Made by a program: the position numbers and the translations under genes. The notes below the pieces were generated by a model. That model had not been told where the DNA came from. It saw only the letters and a list, made by a program, of their open reading frames with translations, and searched no databases. Source: a virus (Duplodnaviria; Caudoviricetes). Taken from it: a stretch of 64,000 bases of DNA. Positions 9,205 to 19,426 of the stretch are shown here, one piece after another (position 1 is the stretch's first letter; every line of letters begins with the position of its first letter). Location: positions 64,001 to 128,000 of the IMG/VR virus record IMGVR_UViG_3300020037_003256; one strand, 5' to 3'.

Positions 9205-10011
9205 TTACTGGAATACCTTAGCACGTCGCATAGCTTTGGTTGCATTAAGTTGCGGCGTCTGCGAGAAATCTTGATTCGGTAGCTGCTTTCGAATATCTGC
9301 ATACACCTCAGCGTAGGTGCTACCGATGGCTGTAGCCCGCCCGAACGCCTTAGTAGCCCAGTACGAGAAAGCACCGCAAGGCCGTCCAGCTATGTCAGCG
9401 TCTGCGCTAGTCTCACTATCCCTACAGCCAGAAAAATGTACAACGCCGCCCAGAGCCAGATTCGTTTTGACACTTGTACCCTCAGCTAAAGTAAAGCGCT
9501 CGAGCGCTCGAGAATCCCAGGTAAACTTGGTTGGAGGTATCATTCGTACCCTGTGGTCCAATCCGGTGGGTTTTTCGAACGGCAGGGCACGGTAAATCGT
9601 ACCGGAGTGACAACAGTCCGCAATTACGACCAAGCTAGCATCCAACACGAGTTTAGAAAACACGACGGCCAACTCATCGTCAATGATGAGGTTACTGCCG
9701 TCCCGTCCCATGTCGTGCGGACATAATGCCTCGTCTCGCCCATCAGGTTCATCACCGTCTTTGTCCGGTAACCACGTACCATGACCAGAATAGGTAAAGA
9801 CACCCACGTCTCCGGCGTTTAGACCGGAGACTAGCGTAGTTAAGCCATGCAGAATGTTCGCACGTGTGGCTTGGCTTTCTTTTAGCTGTTGCACGCTGAA
9901 GGCGTGTGCCGTAAGCAGATTGGTCCAATCGTCTGCGTCGTTAAGACAACCACGCAAAGCAAATTCAGTACCCGCGTAGTTGATTCCGACACAAAGTGCT
10001 TGCTTCTTCAT
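9205..10011 (-). CDS. metacaspase (peptidase C14)
   Basis: ALCVGINY..LRGCLNDA, YSGHG (His), DCCHSG (Cys), SGCRD..SAD, GAFS, QTPQL. Confidence 0.92.
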   Translation of the reverse strand: MKKQALCVGINYAGTEFALRGCLNDADDWTNLLTAHAFSVQQLKESQATRANILHGLTTLVSGLNAGDVGVFTYSGHGTWLPDKDGDEPDGRDEALCPHDMGRDGSNLIIDDELAVVFSKLVLDASLVVIADCCHSGTIYRALPFEKPTGLDHRVRMIPPTKFTWDSRALERFTLAEGTSVKTNLALGGVVHFSGCRDSETSADADIAGRPCGAFSYWATKAFGRATAIGSTYAEVYADIRKQLPNQDFSQTPQLNATKAMRRAKVFQ

Positions 10012-10051
10012 GTGAGCCTCCATGCTCTAATACATGAATACAGCATACCAT

Positions 10052-10444
10052 TTAGACAGGCGGTAGTACAGCTACTACGTCTACCTCATCCACCAGAACA
10101 AACTCTTCCAGATCCCCTTCCCGGGACAGCGGATCTTTAATTTCCAGACCAGCCCAAGCGGCGACGATTACGCGGTCGCCCCGGTGAAGATCCAGAGGAA
10201 CTAGTACACCGTTAACAAGTGCACCAGGCCCGACAGACCAAACGGTACCCGTCTGACGTTTCGTTTTGCTGAACGCGTCTGGTAATAGCAAACCACCTGG
10301 CGTCTGTTTCTGCGTATCAAGGTCCCGACGAATAACCACACGGCTACCACGAGGCTTGCACAACGCCAACGGATGCTGAATGGAATCATCATTAGCCGAA
10401 GTAACTTCTTCAGCAGGTACACGCAATTTTTCTAAAACACCCAT
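10052..10444 (-). CDS. groES: co-chaperonin GroES/Cpn10
   Basis: KPRGSRVVI..TPGGLLLPD..GTVWSVGPG..PLDL..GDRV. Confidence 0.88.
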   Translation of the reverse strand: MGVLEKLRVPAEEVTSANDDSIQHPLALCKPRGSRVVIRRDLDTQKQTPGGLLLPDAFSKTKRQTGTVWSVGPGALVNGVLVPLDLHRGDRVIVAAWAGLEIKDPLSREGDLEEFVLVDEVDVVAVLPPV

Positions 10445-10479
10445 AAGTTCTCCCGATTAAAGTTAACCAAGGTCCGTAT

Positions 10480-10499
10480 TCTAAAAAACGTTTTTTAGA
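10480..10499. repeat. dispersed 20-bp palindrome, copy 2 (perfect, intergenic)
   Basis: TCTAAAAAACGTTTTTTAGA. Confidence 0.85.
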
Positions 10500-10501
10500 T
10501 T

Positions 10502-11167
10502 CTAGCCACGCAACACAGCCGTCACCGTATTGAACACCGAACGAAACATGATACGTCCGTTATGTGCTCCGCCACCTAGACCATCCGCAGAGGCCTCGAT
10601 CGTAGCGATTTCCGAAGACGTCAAAGCCGGGTCCAGCTTCTTAGCTGCGCTGATTACCTGATCCCACTCGCCCCACTTTGATAGCTGCTCCTTAGTGAAC
10701 AGCGTATCCCCGATCTGCAAGCCGCCTTCAGGCGTTCTGTGTACTCTGGCAGTGACGTCTGAAGTCTCTTTAAGCTTTTCAGCTAAAAACTTCTCTTTGT
10801 GTAACCGTGTCGTTCGATCGTGCAGATGGGCCAGTGCTCCAGTTATGGCTTTGATGGCTTCTGCATTTTCCTGGCACGGGTTGTTACCGGTTTGCATCAG
10901 TTCGAGTCTGTGCTTTACGATGGCTAATAATACTTCATGTGTGGTGCCATTGTAAGGCATCAACCGCTGCAAACCTACCACTTCGTTCTTATCGTCAAGT
11001 ACTTCTACGTCGTAGTACTTCACTCGCGGTTCGTTCGTCACAGCCGTATGACACGCTACACACGTTATTCGAATTTTGCTATTCGCGTCTTCGGACACGC
11101 CAGGGCATAGGTGATCCGTCACCTGTGTATGTAACTCGATAGGTTCGTTACAGACAAGTGGTTTCAT
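10502..11167 (-). CDS. Tad1-like (Acb2/Tad1 hairpin) protein with C-terminal extension
   Basis: GTTHEVLLAIVKHRLELMQTG..PCQENAEAI...AL..L..RT matches the Tad1 pattern LLxIVxDRLxxFQxGxxxxRENxxAL. Confidence 0.7.
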   Translation of the reverse strand: MKPLVCNEPIELHTQVTDHLCPGVSEDANSKIRITCVACHTAVTNEPRVKYYDVEVLDDKNEVVGLQRLMPYNGTTHEVLLAIVKHRLELMQTGNNPCQENAEAIKAITGALAHLHDRTTRLHKEKFLAEKLKETSDVTARVHRTPEGGLQIGDTLFTKEQLSKWGEWDQVISAAKKLDPALTSSEIATIEASADGLGGGAHNGRIMFRSVFNTVTAVLRG

Positions 11168-11613
11168 GTTTGTTCCTGCTTCTGTTTGCGAGATCGGTTA
11201 TGAAGATGCTGCAATGCCGCTTGAACGGCCTCCAAAGCATTCGTCGTATCGTCACAGGTTGAACCTAGCAGCTGTGTCTGCTCTAAACGGTGCTGCACAA
11301 TAGCCAGGTATACTTCCGGAGGAATAGGCAGGTTTGGCAACAACCAATACCCGTCTTTCCTTCCGTCAACGTCTGCATGCATACGGATAACACAGCGAGC
11401 TAATTTGGTTTGTGGTTCTACATCGCCCTTCGCCGCAACACACTCAAGTTCGAACCTGTTGGCAAGAGCTTGCGGCGCATCAGGGCACAGGTGCGATGTA
11501 ATGGGGCCGTGTACTGAACACCTAACTACCGCATCGAGTCTCGCCATGAAATCATTATGACGTTTAGCCAACGTCTCAAGCGATTCTTGCATGAGGTCCT
11601 CAGTTGTGGACAA
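11164..11613 (-). CDS. divergent Tad1-like paralogue
   Basis: EVYLAIVQHRLEQTQ..C..T.NAL..V..AL..L..R; shares HxxxTxHLCP with its neighbour. Confidence 0.55.
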   Translation of the reverse strand: MSTTEDLMQESLETLAKRHNDFMARLDAVVRCSVHGPITSHLCPDAPQALANRFELECVAAKGDVEPQTKLARCVIRMHADVDGRKDGYWLLPNLPIPPEVYLAIVQHRLEQTQLLGSTCDDTTNALEAVQAALQHLHNRSRKQKQEQT

Positions 11614-12235
11614 AGATAGGTGCCGCTACGTGGGCCGTCTTGTTTTTCACGTGAGCGACTAGGCGGTTAATATAATCGCCGTCCCCGTCAAAACCAAAAC
11701 GATCAAACTTCACAACGGGCACGAGCGAGCTGTGAATCATAAAGGCACCTAGGTCTAGTTGCCCCTTCTTGGGTCTGCTGCTGTGTGCAACCCACTGTTT
11801 ATGTGACCGCACAAAGTCAGAATATACAAACAACACTTTCTGCTCTTGGGCTTCTGCCAGCATCCATTCCAAGAACACTGGAGCGTAGTAGTTATCTTGG
11901 TTCGTCTGCAAGAGCCACTGTGCTCCGCCACGCACCAAGATCTCCGCCGTTTGTTGCCGATACGGATGCCCAAACTGCTGTTGCCGCGTTGTCGTTTCAC
12001 GAACCTCTACCCGTTGATCTTTAGTCAGATCCGCGAGTACGGAATGTGCAGCTACAGGAGCAGGCCCGTCGTGTGCGATTTCCATTCGCCAGTTCCCGTA
12101 GGTCTGAGCTTGGAATGACGCAACTAGACAGCGTAGTGCATACAACTCACGACAATTCGCATGCGGTATGTACGCAGCTACGCTGATGCCCACAACAGGT
12201 TGACCTTCAATGACTCTTGGTTTCCAGAATCTCAT
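11600..12235 (-). CDS. glycosyltransferase family 2-like
   Basis: QTYGNW..IAHDGP..FGHPYR..TNQDNYYAP. Confidence 0.75.
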   Translation of the reverse strand: MRFWKPRVIEGQPVVGISVAAYIPHANCRELYALRCLVASFQAQTYGNWRMEIAHDGPAPVAAHSVLADLTKDQRVEVRETTTRQQQFGHPYRQQTAEILVRGGAQWLLQTNQDNYYAPVFLEWMLAEAQEQKVLFVYSDFVRSHKQWVAHSSRPKKGQLDLGAFMIHSSLVPVVKFDRFGFDGDGDYINRLVAHVKNKTAHVAAPIFVHN

Positions 12236-13011
12236 GTTACGCAATCCACCCCAGCATGTAGACAATGATCGAACTCAAACCGCATAGAAGCTTCGTCTCT
12301 GGCGTAGTGGTTGTTAAGACCATACGCCGCGTCTCGTGGGCTAGCACGTGCTCGTCTGGCTAGCATACGCTCCAAGTAGAACTCCCAACCAAGTCTCGGA
12401 TAATGTAACAGGCGTAACCCTGCGTAGGCTCGTGCCTTATACGGTTCTACTACTGCACGTACCTGGTGTGCCCCAGGTGAGAAACTAAGATGCCTTACCC
12501 GATCCGGCATAAGTAAGCACGGCTTGGAGTAGGTTGGAGTTTGAATACCAGTTCTTACGTGGTTGGGCAAGTGCACGCCAACCGGTGGAAATGTACTGCA
12601 AGCCATGTCGAAGCCAGTAGCCGTGCATAGCCCGGTATCTGAGTCTTTCACTGCCGTTAGGAACGCAGGCATGTCGTTGTGATAGACCAGCTCATCGCAG
12701 TCTACAATAAGGACAAAGTCTGCAGACCCTTTAGCATCTTCCCACGCAGAATTACGGATATGCACCATGTGATTCAATTCCGCGTGCTTGTTGCCAGAAC
12801 TGAATGAACGTCGAACCACTTTGGGGTTATCGTCGCAAATCTTAGCTGTGGCATCCGTGCTTTCGTTGTCGAAAACAAAGATACGAGAAGCCCCCATCCA
12901 TTCCAGGTAGTGCTTAAAGAAGAACGGCAACATTCGTTCTTCGTTCCACGCGAACGTATATACCCAGATCTTGTTGCCGCCATTACCACCACCGTGTGCT
13001 AATGTTTCCAT
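12232..13011 (-). CDS. glycosyltransferase (GT2_4-like)
   Basis: NEERML..KHY..FDNESTDAT..ADFVLIVDCDEL..LLHY. Confidence 0.8.
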   Translation of the reverse strand: METLAHGGGNGGNKIWVYTFAWNEERMLPFFFKHYLEWMGASRIFVFDNESTDATAKICDDNPKVVRRSFSSGNKHAELNHMVHIRNSAWEDAKGSADFVLIVDCDELVYHNDMPAFLTAVKDSDTGLCTATGFDMACSTFPPVGVHLPNHVRTGIQTPTYSKPCLLMPDRVRHLSFSPGAHQVRAVVEPYKARAYAGLRLLHYPRLGWEFYLERMLARRARASPRDAAYGLNNHYARDEASMRFEFDHCLHAGVDCVT

Positions 13012-13751
13012 TACGTCCCTCGGTTAACTCGAATAGTCGCAGGGTCCCGCACGTACGTGGACGTATCTACGGGCTGCTGAAGCTTAGGTAACTTCAGCAC
13101 GTCACACAGTCTCGCGTAATCCTCGTGGGCGTGTGCTGCTCCAATAAACGGAGTCATGGTCAGCACAGATACACCGTCCTTCCGTAGTACCTCACGCACC
13201 TCTGCCGTGGACTGTCTATACAACGCATACTGATCGTTTGGTTGCATACCAAGCCATTTAACGTGTTGATCGTGTGCGTGGTAATCTCCGTTGAGCGCGT
13301 AACCATCACAGCCGACTAGCACAATGAATCTAGCCGCCATGCGGGAGGCCAGATCCATTGCACAAGTCTGCACGCCTTCTCCTAGATACAGCGTGTCTTT
13401 GGGTTTCGTTGCAACCGTATTGAGGTCATAACTCGTATCGAACACGTAGTACTTGGGATCGTCTAGCGTAAGATCTTCCCGTGGTGGTTTTCTTTTAACA
13501 ATCCACCGCGTAGGCTTTTTAGGTTTCGACGCGTGGTAATCCGCCAACAACTCTGGATGCACCGTAATGGCGTAGCTTGTTGGTAGATGTCTCCACGCTT
13601 GATTCAACCCGATAGTGACTTTGTTTTCAAAAAACGAAAGATCCATACACCGTAGCGACGGTCCGGTTCCAATAATGTAAACGGTGTCGTCACGGCATAT
13701 ATCGGTAAGTTTTTGTATTCGCATACAGTCCTTAAACAAAAGTGCTTTCAA
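13011..13751 (-). CDS. DUF115/MAF_flag10 (MptE-like) protein
   Basis: YIIGTGPSL..TIGLNQ..IVLVGCDG. Confidence 0.75.
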   Translation of the reverse strand: MKALLFKDCMRIQKLTDICRDDTVYIIGTGPSLRCMDLSFFENKVTIGLNQAWRHLPTSYAITVHPELLADYHASKPKKPTRWIVKRKPPREDLTLDDPKYYVFDTSYDLNTVATKPKDTLYLGEGVQTCAMDLASRMAARFIVLVGCDGYALNGDYHAHDQHVKWLGMQPNDQYALYRQSTAEVREVLRKDGVSVLTMTPFIGAAHAHEDYARLCDVLKLPKLQQPVDTSTYVRDPATIRVNRGT

Positions 13752-14838
13752 AACTACACTTCTCGCACCACTGGTAGATCGGGTTACGTAACCCGTCTGG
13801 ACAGTGTATCACGGCTTTGGAGCAGCCTCGCATATACAAAGACTGCAAAGCTGCAAACCACGCAGACATATACAGCTCTCCAAACGTATCAGCTCGTGAT
13901 AAGACTGGATAGTACAACGCGAGCTTCGGAGGTAGCTGCAATGCACTGGGCTTAGGCTTCATTACCTGCCGAAGGTACGCTGCGGCATTACCTTGTGGTC
14001 CGTCCGTGGACGTCACGCAGTAGTCTGCAGGTATCGTATCGATGACCTTTGCCAACCGCTCAGGTAAATCAAACCAAGCCGCCTTACACGGTACAGGGGT
14101 TCGGCTGTTTACCAGATACAAAACGTCAGCGTCCGAGACACAGCGGGACGGGTCACATGTTAGATATGCGTGCTTTGGCGGCTTGGTTTTCAACAAAGCT
14201 CGCAGGTTTTCTAGCGATGCCCGCTCTAAGGCTCGCTCTGCTTTCCAGGCAGCCACTACAGGGTCCTGTCGGCTAAACTTGTGATGCGTAATAACAGGAT
14301 CCTTCACTGCCTGTTTATCGCCGGATAACACGTTGTACTTTGCCGGCAACGATCCCAGCTTAAAGTCGTAACACCCAGGCACTCCATTGATGATCTTCAT
14401 CGTCTCTATAAAAGCGCCCTGGTCACACGTCTCATAACGGTGCCCGTATGTCTCTGTCTCGTACTTCCACTCGGATAGAAAAGTACGCGTAGTAGAATTG
14501 TTCTTTAAAAGCATAACGCCGATATTGTAATTCTCCTTAACATCCGCAGTATTTCCGCGGTGTCGGACTAACACGTCGCACGCCCCTAACAACCTTTCAA
14601 TACCCTGTAGCTTTCCAACTAGCTCGCAATCTGCGTCCACGTACAGGATATTGTCGTTGCTGTACGCACGCATTATGTCGCACAGGATGCCAGGTTTCTC
14701 TCGCACATTACGACACCAAGAACCTCGATCCGGCTGAGAGATAACAACGATCTCTATGCCCTGCGATTTCGCGGCAAGCTTCAAAGCTTTTGCCGAGTCG
14801 GCGTAGGCACCACCGGTCTCGTAACAACAAATCATCAT
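13732..14838 (-). CDS. nucleotide-diphospho-sugar transferase-like
   Basis: EKP..ILYVDAD..YNIGVM..DQGAF..LPAKYN..ITH. Confidence 0.75.
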   Translation of the reverse strand: MMICCYETGGAYADSAKALKLAAKSQGIEIVVISQPDRGSWCRNVREKPGILCDIMRAYSNDNILYVDADCELVGKLQGIERLLGACDVLVRHRGNTADVKENYNIGVMLLKNNSTTRTFLSEWKYETETYGHRYETCDQGAFIETMKIINGVPGCYDFKLGSLPAKYNVLSGDKQAVKDPVITHHKFSRQDPVVAAWKAERALERASLENLRALLKTKPPKHAYLTCDPSRCVSDADVLYLVNSRTPVPCKAAWFDLPERLAKVIDTIPADYCVTSTDGPQGNAAAYLRQVMKPKPSALQLPPKLALYYPVLSRADTFGELYMSAWFAALQSLYMRGCSKAVIHCPDGLRNPIYQWCEKCSFESTFV

Positions 14839-14863
14839 AGTTATTCACCCTTCCGGAAACCTG

Positions 14864-16669
14864 CTACCACAAGCGCATGTTAAACGCCTTGAACCACGCC
14901 GCGAACGATAGCACAGTAAACAGCTCTTTCTGGGCTGACAGGCCAGGGCCTGTACTTGGTTTACCGCTTACAGGTTTAGGTGGTCCGCCGTGGTCTCGGT
15001 TATTCAGATAACGATTCTCGATATCGTCTGCCGTAAGCTCAAATAACTCACGCACAACTGGATCCGCCAGGGTGCTACGTACATACTCCCGAACTACTCC
15101 ATCATCTGGAGCCGGGTACGTCGCAGTACCTACGATCCACTCATCTGTTGGTGCTCGCCACCCTGTCTTAGGCTTGGTGACGATCTCATCCGGTAGTAAC
15201 CCCCGGTACGCATCCCTTAACAGGATCTTGTTGTTGGTAGCCCGCAAACCTGTACCAAGCTTCAGCTCGCCCGGGATCGAACGGGCAAAGTCTCGAAATG
15301 CCGTACAGAGCATAGGGAACCGCCCCTCCATACCGAATGTCATTCCTAGCTTGTCGTTGCGTATTAGAAAGTCTTCGGCTAGCACAGTCATGCATTCGGT
15401 GTACATGAAGTCATTGACCAAATCACCAGTCAGCCCTTCTACGGGCAACCATCCTTGCAAATAAGAACTCTGGGCATCCGGAGTTAGCTGAAGATCTGGA
15501 TTAGCTAGAAGACGGTGCGGACGAATAGCATCTAATCTCGTCTGATACGGATACTCGCCGTGGTGCTTGTATCCGCACAGCAGCTCATCCCCACCGTCGC
15601 CAGACAAAGTAACCACACACCCTTTCTTAGCCATGAGACGATTACAAGCCAGGTATACCGGATGGCTGCGACCTTGCCGCGGCTCTTCTAACGCAGTAAC
15701 CGCTTCTGCAAACCCATCTACCCACACTTGTTGCGTGACATAAGACTCGTGGTGCTGGTTACGTCGCTTAGCGGTTAGGGCCGCGGCCCTAACTGCGTCG
15801 TCGTTATGGTTGCACCGTTTGTGCGGTACGTCGAACTTGCTGGTAAACGTATCTAAGTTGGAGTGTAGCGCCATTGCTTCGTAATACACTGCAGCACTAT
15901 CGATTCCGCCCGACAGAAACATACCTATCTTTCGTCGTCCGCCTAACGTTAGCTGCACCGCTTGCCGCAACTTAGCCCGTAATAGCTCGCTGATCTCGTG
16001 TGGCTTACCCGGGAAAGGCTTGGGAGCTTTTTGAAGTGAAAACGTGGTACTGGTCTGTTTAACCAAATCGAACGTGATGACCTGCCCCGGTACGAGCCGA
16101 TGGATACCGCGGAACAAGGTAAGCGGGCCACTTACCATACCGGCATGGTAGTAGTGTCGAAAAGCGTCGCGATCTACCACACGATCAAAGCCCAGTGATA
16201 GCAATCCACGGATCTCCGACGAAAACGCGAGCTGCCCGTTAAGAAAGCCAGCATATAGCGGTTTGGCTCCGTTCGTATCGCGAGCCAAAGTTAGGTGCCC
16301 TTGGTGCGGATCGTACCACGCTAGGGCGAACATACCGTCTACACGCCGCAAGAAGTCCAACCCTTGCTCGTGTAGGCCTGCGGCTAGCACCTCTGTGTCG
16401 CAGTCCGTGCGAAACTTGTGTGACAGCCCACTACGTAGGTCGCGGTAGTTGTACACCTCCCCGTTGAACACCAGCACTTTGTTAGCGATTAACCAGGGCT
16501 GCGTGGCGAGATCACGCCGCTCCGTAATAGCCAGCATGTTGTGCCCAAGTGTGACCTTATCGTCGGTCCAGCTACCGACACCGTCAGGTCCACGATGCTT
16601 GGTCGCAGACAGCATCCCTGCCATCTGCATACCCGTATCCTTCCAGACGAATCCGTGAATACTGCACAT
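14864..16669 (-). CDS. asnB: asparagine synthase (glutamine-hydrolysing)-like amidotransferase
   Basis: MCSIHG (Cys2), HRGPDG, FNGEVYN, DTEV, LSGGIDS, LSGDGGDE, EGRFP. Confidence 0.92.
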   Translation of the reverse strand: MCSIHGFVWKDTGMQMAGMLSATKHRGPDGVGSWTDDKVTLGHNMLAITERRDLATQPWLIANKVLVFNGEVYNYRDLRSGLSHKFRTDCDTEVLAAGLHEQGLDFLRRVDGMFALAWYDPHQGHLTLARDTNGAKPLYAGFLNGQLAFSSEIRGLLSLGFDRVVDRDAFRHYYHAGMVSGPLTLFRGIHRLVPGQVITFDLVKQTSTTFSLQKAPKPFPGKPHEISELLRAKLRQAVQLTLGGRRKIGMFLSGGIDSAAVYYEAMALHSNLDTFTSKFDVPHKRCNHNDDAVRAAALTAKRRNQHHESYVTQQVWVDGFAEAVTALEEPRQGRSHPVYLACNRLMAKKGCVVTLSGDGGDELLCGYKHHGEYPYQTRLDAIRPHRLLANPDLQLTPDAQSSYLQGWLPVEGLTGDLVNDFMYTECMTVLAEDFLIRNDKLGMTFGMEGRFPMLCTAFRDFARSIPGELKLGTGLRATNNKILLRDAYRGLLPDEIVTKPKTGWRAPTDEWIVGTATYPAPDDGVVREYVRSTLADPVVRELFELTADDIENRYLNNRDHGGPPKPVSGKPSTGPGLSAQKELFTVLSFAAWFKAFNMRLW

Positions 16670-17253
16670 TAAGACGTAGCCTCTTTGTATTTCTTCAAAG
16701 CAATCGTTCCACAATCAGTCACCGATCCGAAGCTAACCAATCCCTCGTGGAAGGGTTGTCGCTTTGCTTCTTCGATCGTGTCGTGTGCGTGTGCCCAGAG
16801 ATCACCCCTGGCAACGGTGTACTTGGTGACCTTACGCACGAGCTCTATTATCTTGCCGTAGACGAACTCGTTGACATTGTGCTTGGGGTCTGTCGTTTCT
16901 TCTTGCTGCCACCCAATCCAGGTAGCGGTGGCAGCGTAATCAGCATGTTCAACATTCGGCGAGCGGACGTCGAATACGTACATACCGTACATTGAGCCAA
17001 ACGTTTCACGGTTAATATAGTTGACAGCAACCTCTATCTTATACGGGTCAAACCTGTTGGTGGCTGTTACGATATTCCGGACGTCTACCCCAAGCGTTGT
17101 GCCATTCTCCGTCAAGTACTCGTGCACAGCCAACTCACCTAACGGTGCTGCGGCCAACGCACACGCCTTCCACGTACTCTGAGCGTAGGCCATCAACTCT
17201 TCTGTACTTGCAAACATTGCAGCGAGTCTTGCCGTTGTATCTTCCGTAGCCAT
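16669..17253 (-). CDS. hypothetical protein
   Basis: 194-aa ORF with AAGGA SD. Confidence 0.7.
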   Translation of the reverse strand: MATEDTTARLAAMFASTEELMAYAQSTWKACALAAAPLGELAVHEYLTENGTTLGVDVRNIVTATNRFDPYKIEVAVNYINRETFGSMYGMYVFDVRSPNVEHADYAATATWIGWQQEETTDPKHNVNEFVYGKIIELVRKVTKYTVARGDLWAHAHDTIEEAKRQPFHEGLVSFGSVTDCGTIALKKYKEATS

Positions 17254-17264
17254 TTAGCCGTCCT

Positions 17265-17471
17265 TTATTTCTTGTTCCCGCATTTAACGCACGCGTACAC
17301 CGAAAACACCGGCTCTTTGGTGTACGCGTCGCCAAATAGTGTTCGCGTAACTTTGTTACTTACCTCTGTGTCGTATTGCATAGGCGTCCCGCATTTCGGA
17401 CACGGTCGGCCCCTGGCAACCCAGTCCTGGTCCGGTCTCTCGTAAAGATGCTCGTCGTCTTCCATCGCCAT
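17265..17471 (-). CDS. small Zn-ribbon protein
   Basis: CPKC...CVKC. Confidence 0.65.
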   Translation of the reverse strand: MAMEDDEHLYERPDQDWVARGRPCPKCGTPMQYDTEVSNKVTRTLFGDAYTKEPVFSVYACVKCGNKK

Positions 17472-18262
17472 TATTTCAAAACTCCCTTCCTGCGGTGCAG
17501 GCCTTTGTCGTGACCCAGGTACGCACCCAACGGCGAGAACTGAATCACGGTGTTGTTCGGACCTACAGCCGTTGCCAAATCTCTTGTGCGGACATCACGT
17601 GCAGCCTGAATTCCTTTCTCCAACTGCACACAATCGTCCCATCTCGCGTCGTTGCGAAACTTGCCGGAACTGTATCGTGTGACCATCTGGTTAATCACCG
17701 TCAAGCCGCCGAACTTCAGATGATAGCCAACAACACCCGTCTCGATAGCGGTGCGTTTGCTCTTCAAATAGATGCAGCCGTACTTGTCCGAGAACCAAGA
17801 TGCCACAACGTCCGCAGGTGTGTGCTGTAGAAACACAGCATCTGAATCCACCCACATCATAATGTCGAAGTCGTTGCGGTACATCTTGGCTATGAGCTGT
17901 GCAGAGCGTACCTTACGCAACCACCGGAAGGCGTTGCGACAAAACCAATAACCGACACAGGGCAAACGGTGGTGCTTTGAGTGTACGTCCAGCGGCTTAA
18001 CGCGGCACCTGCACAGAGGTTCTCTTGCCGTGCCGCCCAACTCCACCGGTATCACAGCCTTGTTGTTGCTGAGGAACGTGTCAAGGAATATGTCTCCCTC
18101 CAACCTGTGCCCTTCAGCGTTAGGCGTTGGAGGAAGGTCCATTCCTTCGGTGAAAGCAACTAGCTTGTCGCCAGTGCCGGTAGCAACAAAAGAAGAGACG
18201 AGCCTGGATGCACTCGTCTCCCACATATCCTTTGAAAAGGTCGTAGCCCAAAGCACTTTCAT
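17471..18262 (-). CDS. glycosyltransferase-like (GT-A)
   Basis: MMWVDSD, ETGVVGY, WDDC, H.KG. Confidence 0.6.
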   Translation of the reverse strand: MKVLWATTFSKDMWETSASRLVSSFVATGTGDKLVAFTEGMDLPPTPNAEGHRLEGDIFLDTFLSNNKAVIPVELGGTAREPLCRCRVKPLDVHSKHHRLPCVGYWFCRNAFRWLRKVRSAQLIAKMYRNDFDIMMWVDSDAVFLQHTPADVVASWFSDKYGCIYLKSKRTAIETGVVGYHLKFGGLTVINQMVTRYSSGKFRNDARWDDCVQLEKGIQAARDVRTRDLATAVGPNNTVIQFSPLGAYLGHDKGLHRRKGVLK

Positions 18263-18269
18263 ATCAACC

Positions 18270-19424
18270 TCATTTTTTAACTATCACGGGCGTATCTACA
18301 TCGTCGTCGGTAGGCAGAGGCAGGTCCATCTCTACGTGCGGATTGAGTCCGCCCAGGCATTTGGATAACGCGATGAGCTTTTCATTTGTGGCCCACGCGT
18401 TTATCTTCTCCTGCTCTTCCTCAGTACGTTCCGGGAGTGCCGGTAACTTCGTTGGGTCTAACACCCCAGATTCAAGCGGGTGTGCAACTTCTTCCCAAGC
18501 GAAAAAACCTGTTACGGGATCTGTCTGCCGCGTTACAAGACCATCCGGTTCTTTTTCCTTCGGGGTTGGGTCATCGTGCGTCTTTTGTTGTTCAGCCTGT
18601 AACGCTTTGGCCTCTTTCTCGAAATTGTTGTTCAGCCAGTCACGTACCAACGAATAGCGATCGGGTGTATTCGCGCATGCTACGATAACCGATCCCGTAG
18701 TAGGTTCAATCCCGGCTGTAGGGGCCGATCCGTCCGGGATTATCTCTGCGAGGCTTACAGTCAAATCTATCGGGTACTCAATTTGCCGTGATTCTGGCAA
18801 GGCACTGTAAGCTGCGAATTGTTTAGTCCAAGCGTCGTAGTCCGGGGCAGGAGCTGGTTTAACTTCTTGAATGGTCGCAGTACGTGCGTCCGCGGGTTTG
18901 TCGAAAGTCTTCAGATTAGCCAGAACCCGGCTGTACAGAATTTCCCACGCTTGCCGAGCAACCGCGTCAAAGTTAATCGTGTAATGGATAGCGTGTTCAA
19001 CATTCGCGAAATCTGCATACCCTTCACGCCAGGCCCGCACGTGCATTGCAGCAGTCAGAACCCCAAATACGCTTAGGTCCGGAGCCTTTTTACGCGTCGG
19101 GTTCGCGTCGAACCACTTCTGTATCGCGTCACACATAGCCTTACCTGCGGCTACGGTCTCTTCCGTTTTATGCTTCACCCACATTTCCAAAGCCGCAAGA
19201 TCGTCCGTAGCGATAGGAGCTTCCGGGGCAAGTTCCAAATGAACAAACTCTGGGGCCGGTGTAAGCTTCTCTTGCAAGGCTTCACACAATGCCGATGCTC
19301 CCTGCACTGCTGACGCGTCCAATTTAGTTGCAGGATCCGGCGTTTTCGATCCCAATGCGTTTAGAAACATTTCGCACATACGCAAAGCGTCTTCCGTTTT
19401 CTTCTTCAGCTCTTCGCTAACCAT
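18270..19424 (-). CDS. hypothetical acidic protein
   Basis: 384-aa ORF. Confidence 0.7.
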   Translation of the reverse strand: MVSEELKKKTEDALRMCEMFLNALGSKTPDPATKLDASAVQGASALCEALQEKLTPAPEFVHLELAPEAPIATDDLAALEMWVKHKTEETVAAGKAMCDAIQKWFDANPTRKKAPDLSVFGVLTAAMHVRAWREGYADFANVEHAIHYTINFDAVARQAWEILYSRVLANLKTFDKPADARTATIQEVKPAPAPDYDAWTKQFAAYSALPESRQIEYPIDLTVSLAEIIPDGSAPTAGIEPTTGSVIVACANTPDRYSLVRDWLNNNFEKEAKALQAEQQKTHDDPTPKEKEPDGLVTRQTDPVTGFFAWEEVAHPLESGVLDPTKLPALPERTEEEQEKINAWATNEKLIALSKCLGGLNPHVEMDLPLPTDDDVDTPVIVKK

Positions 19425-19426
19425 GC

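Noticed and set aside
10480-10499. Palindrome as a rho-independent terminator
   Set aside because: AT-only arms with no loop or GC stem, and copies also lie inside CDSs
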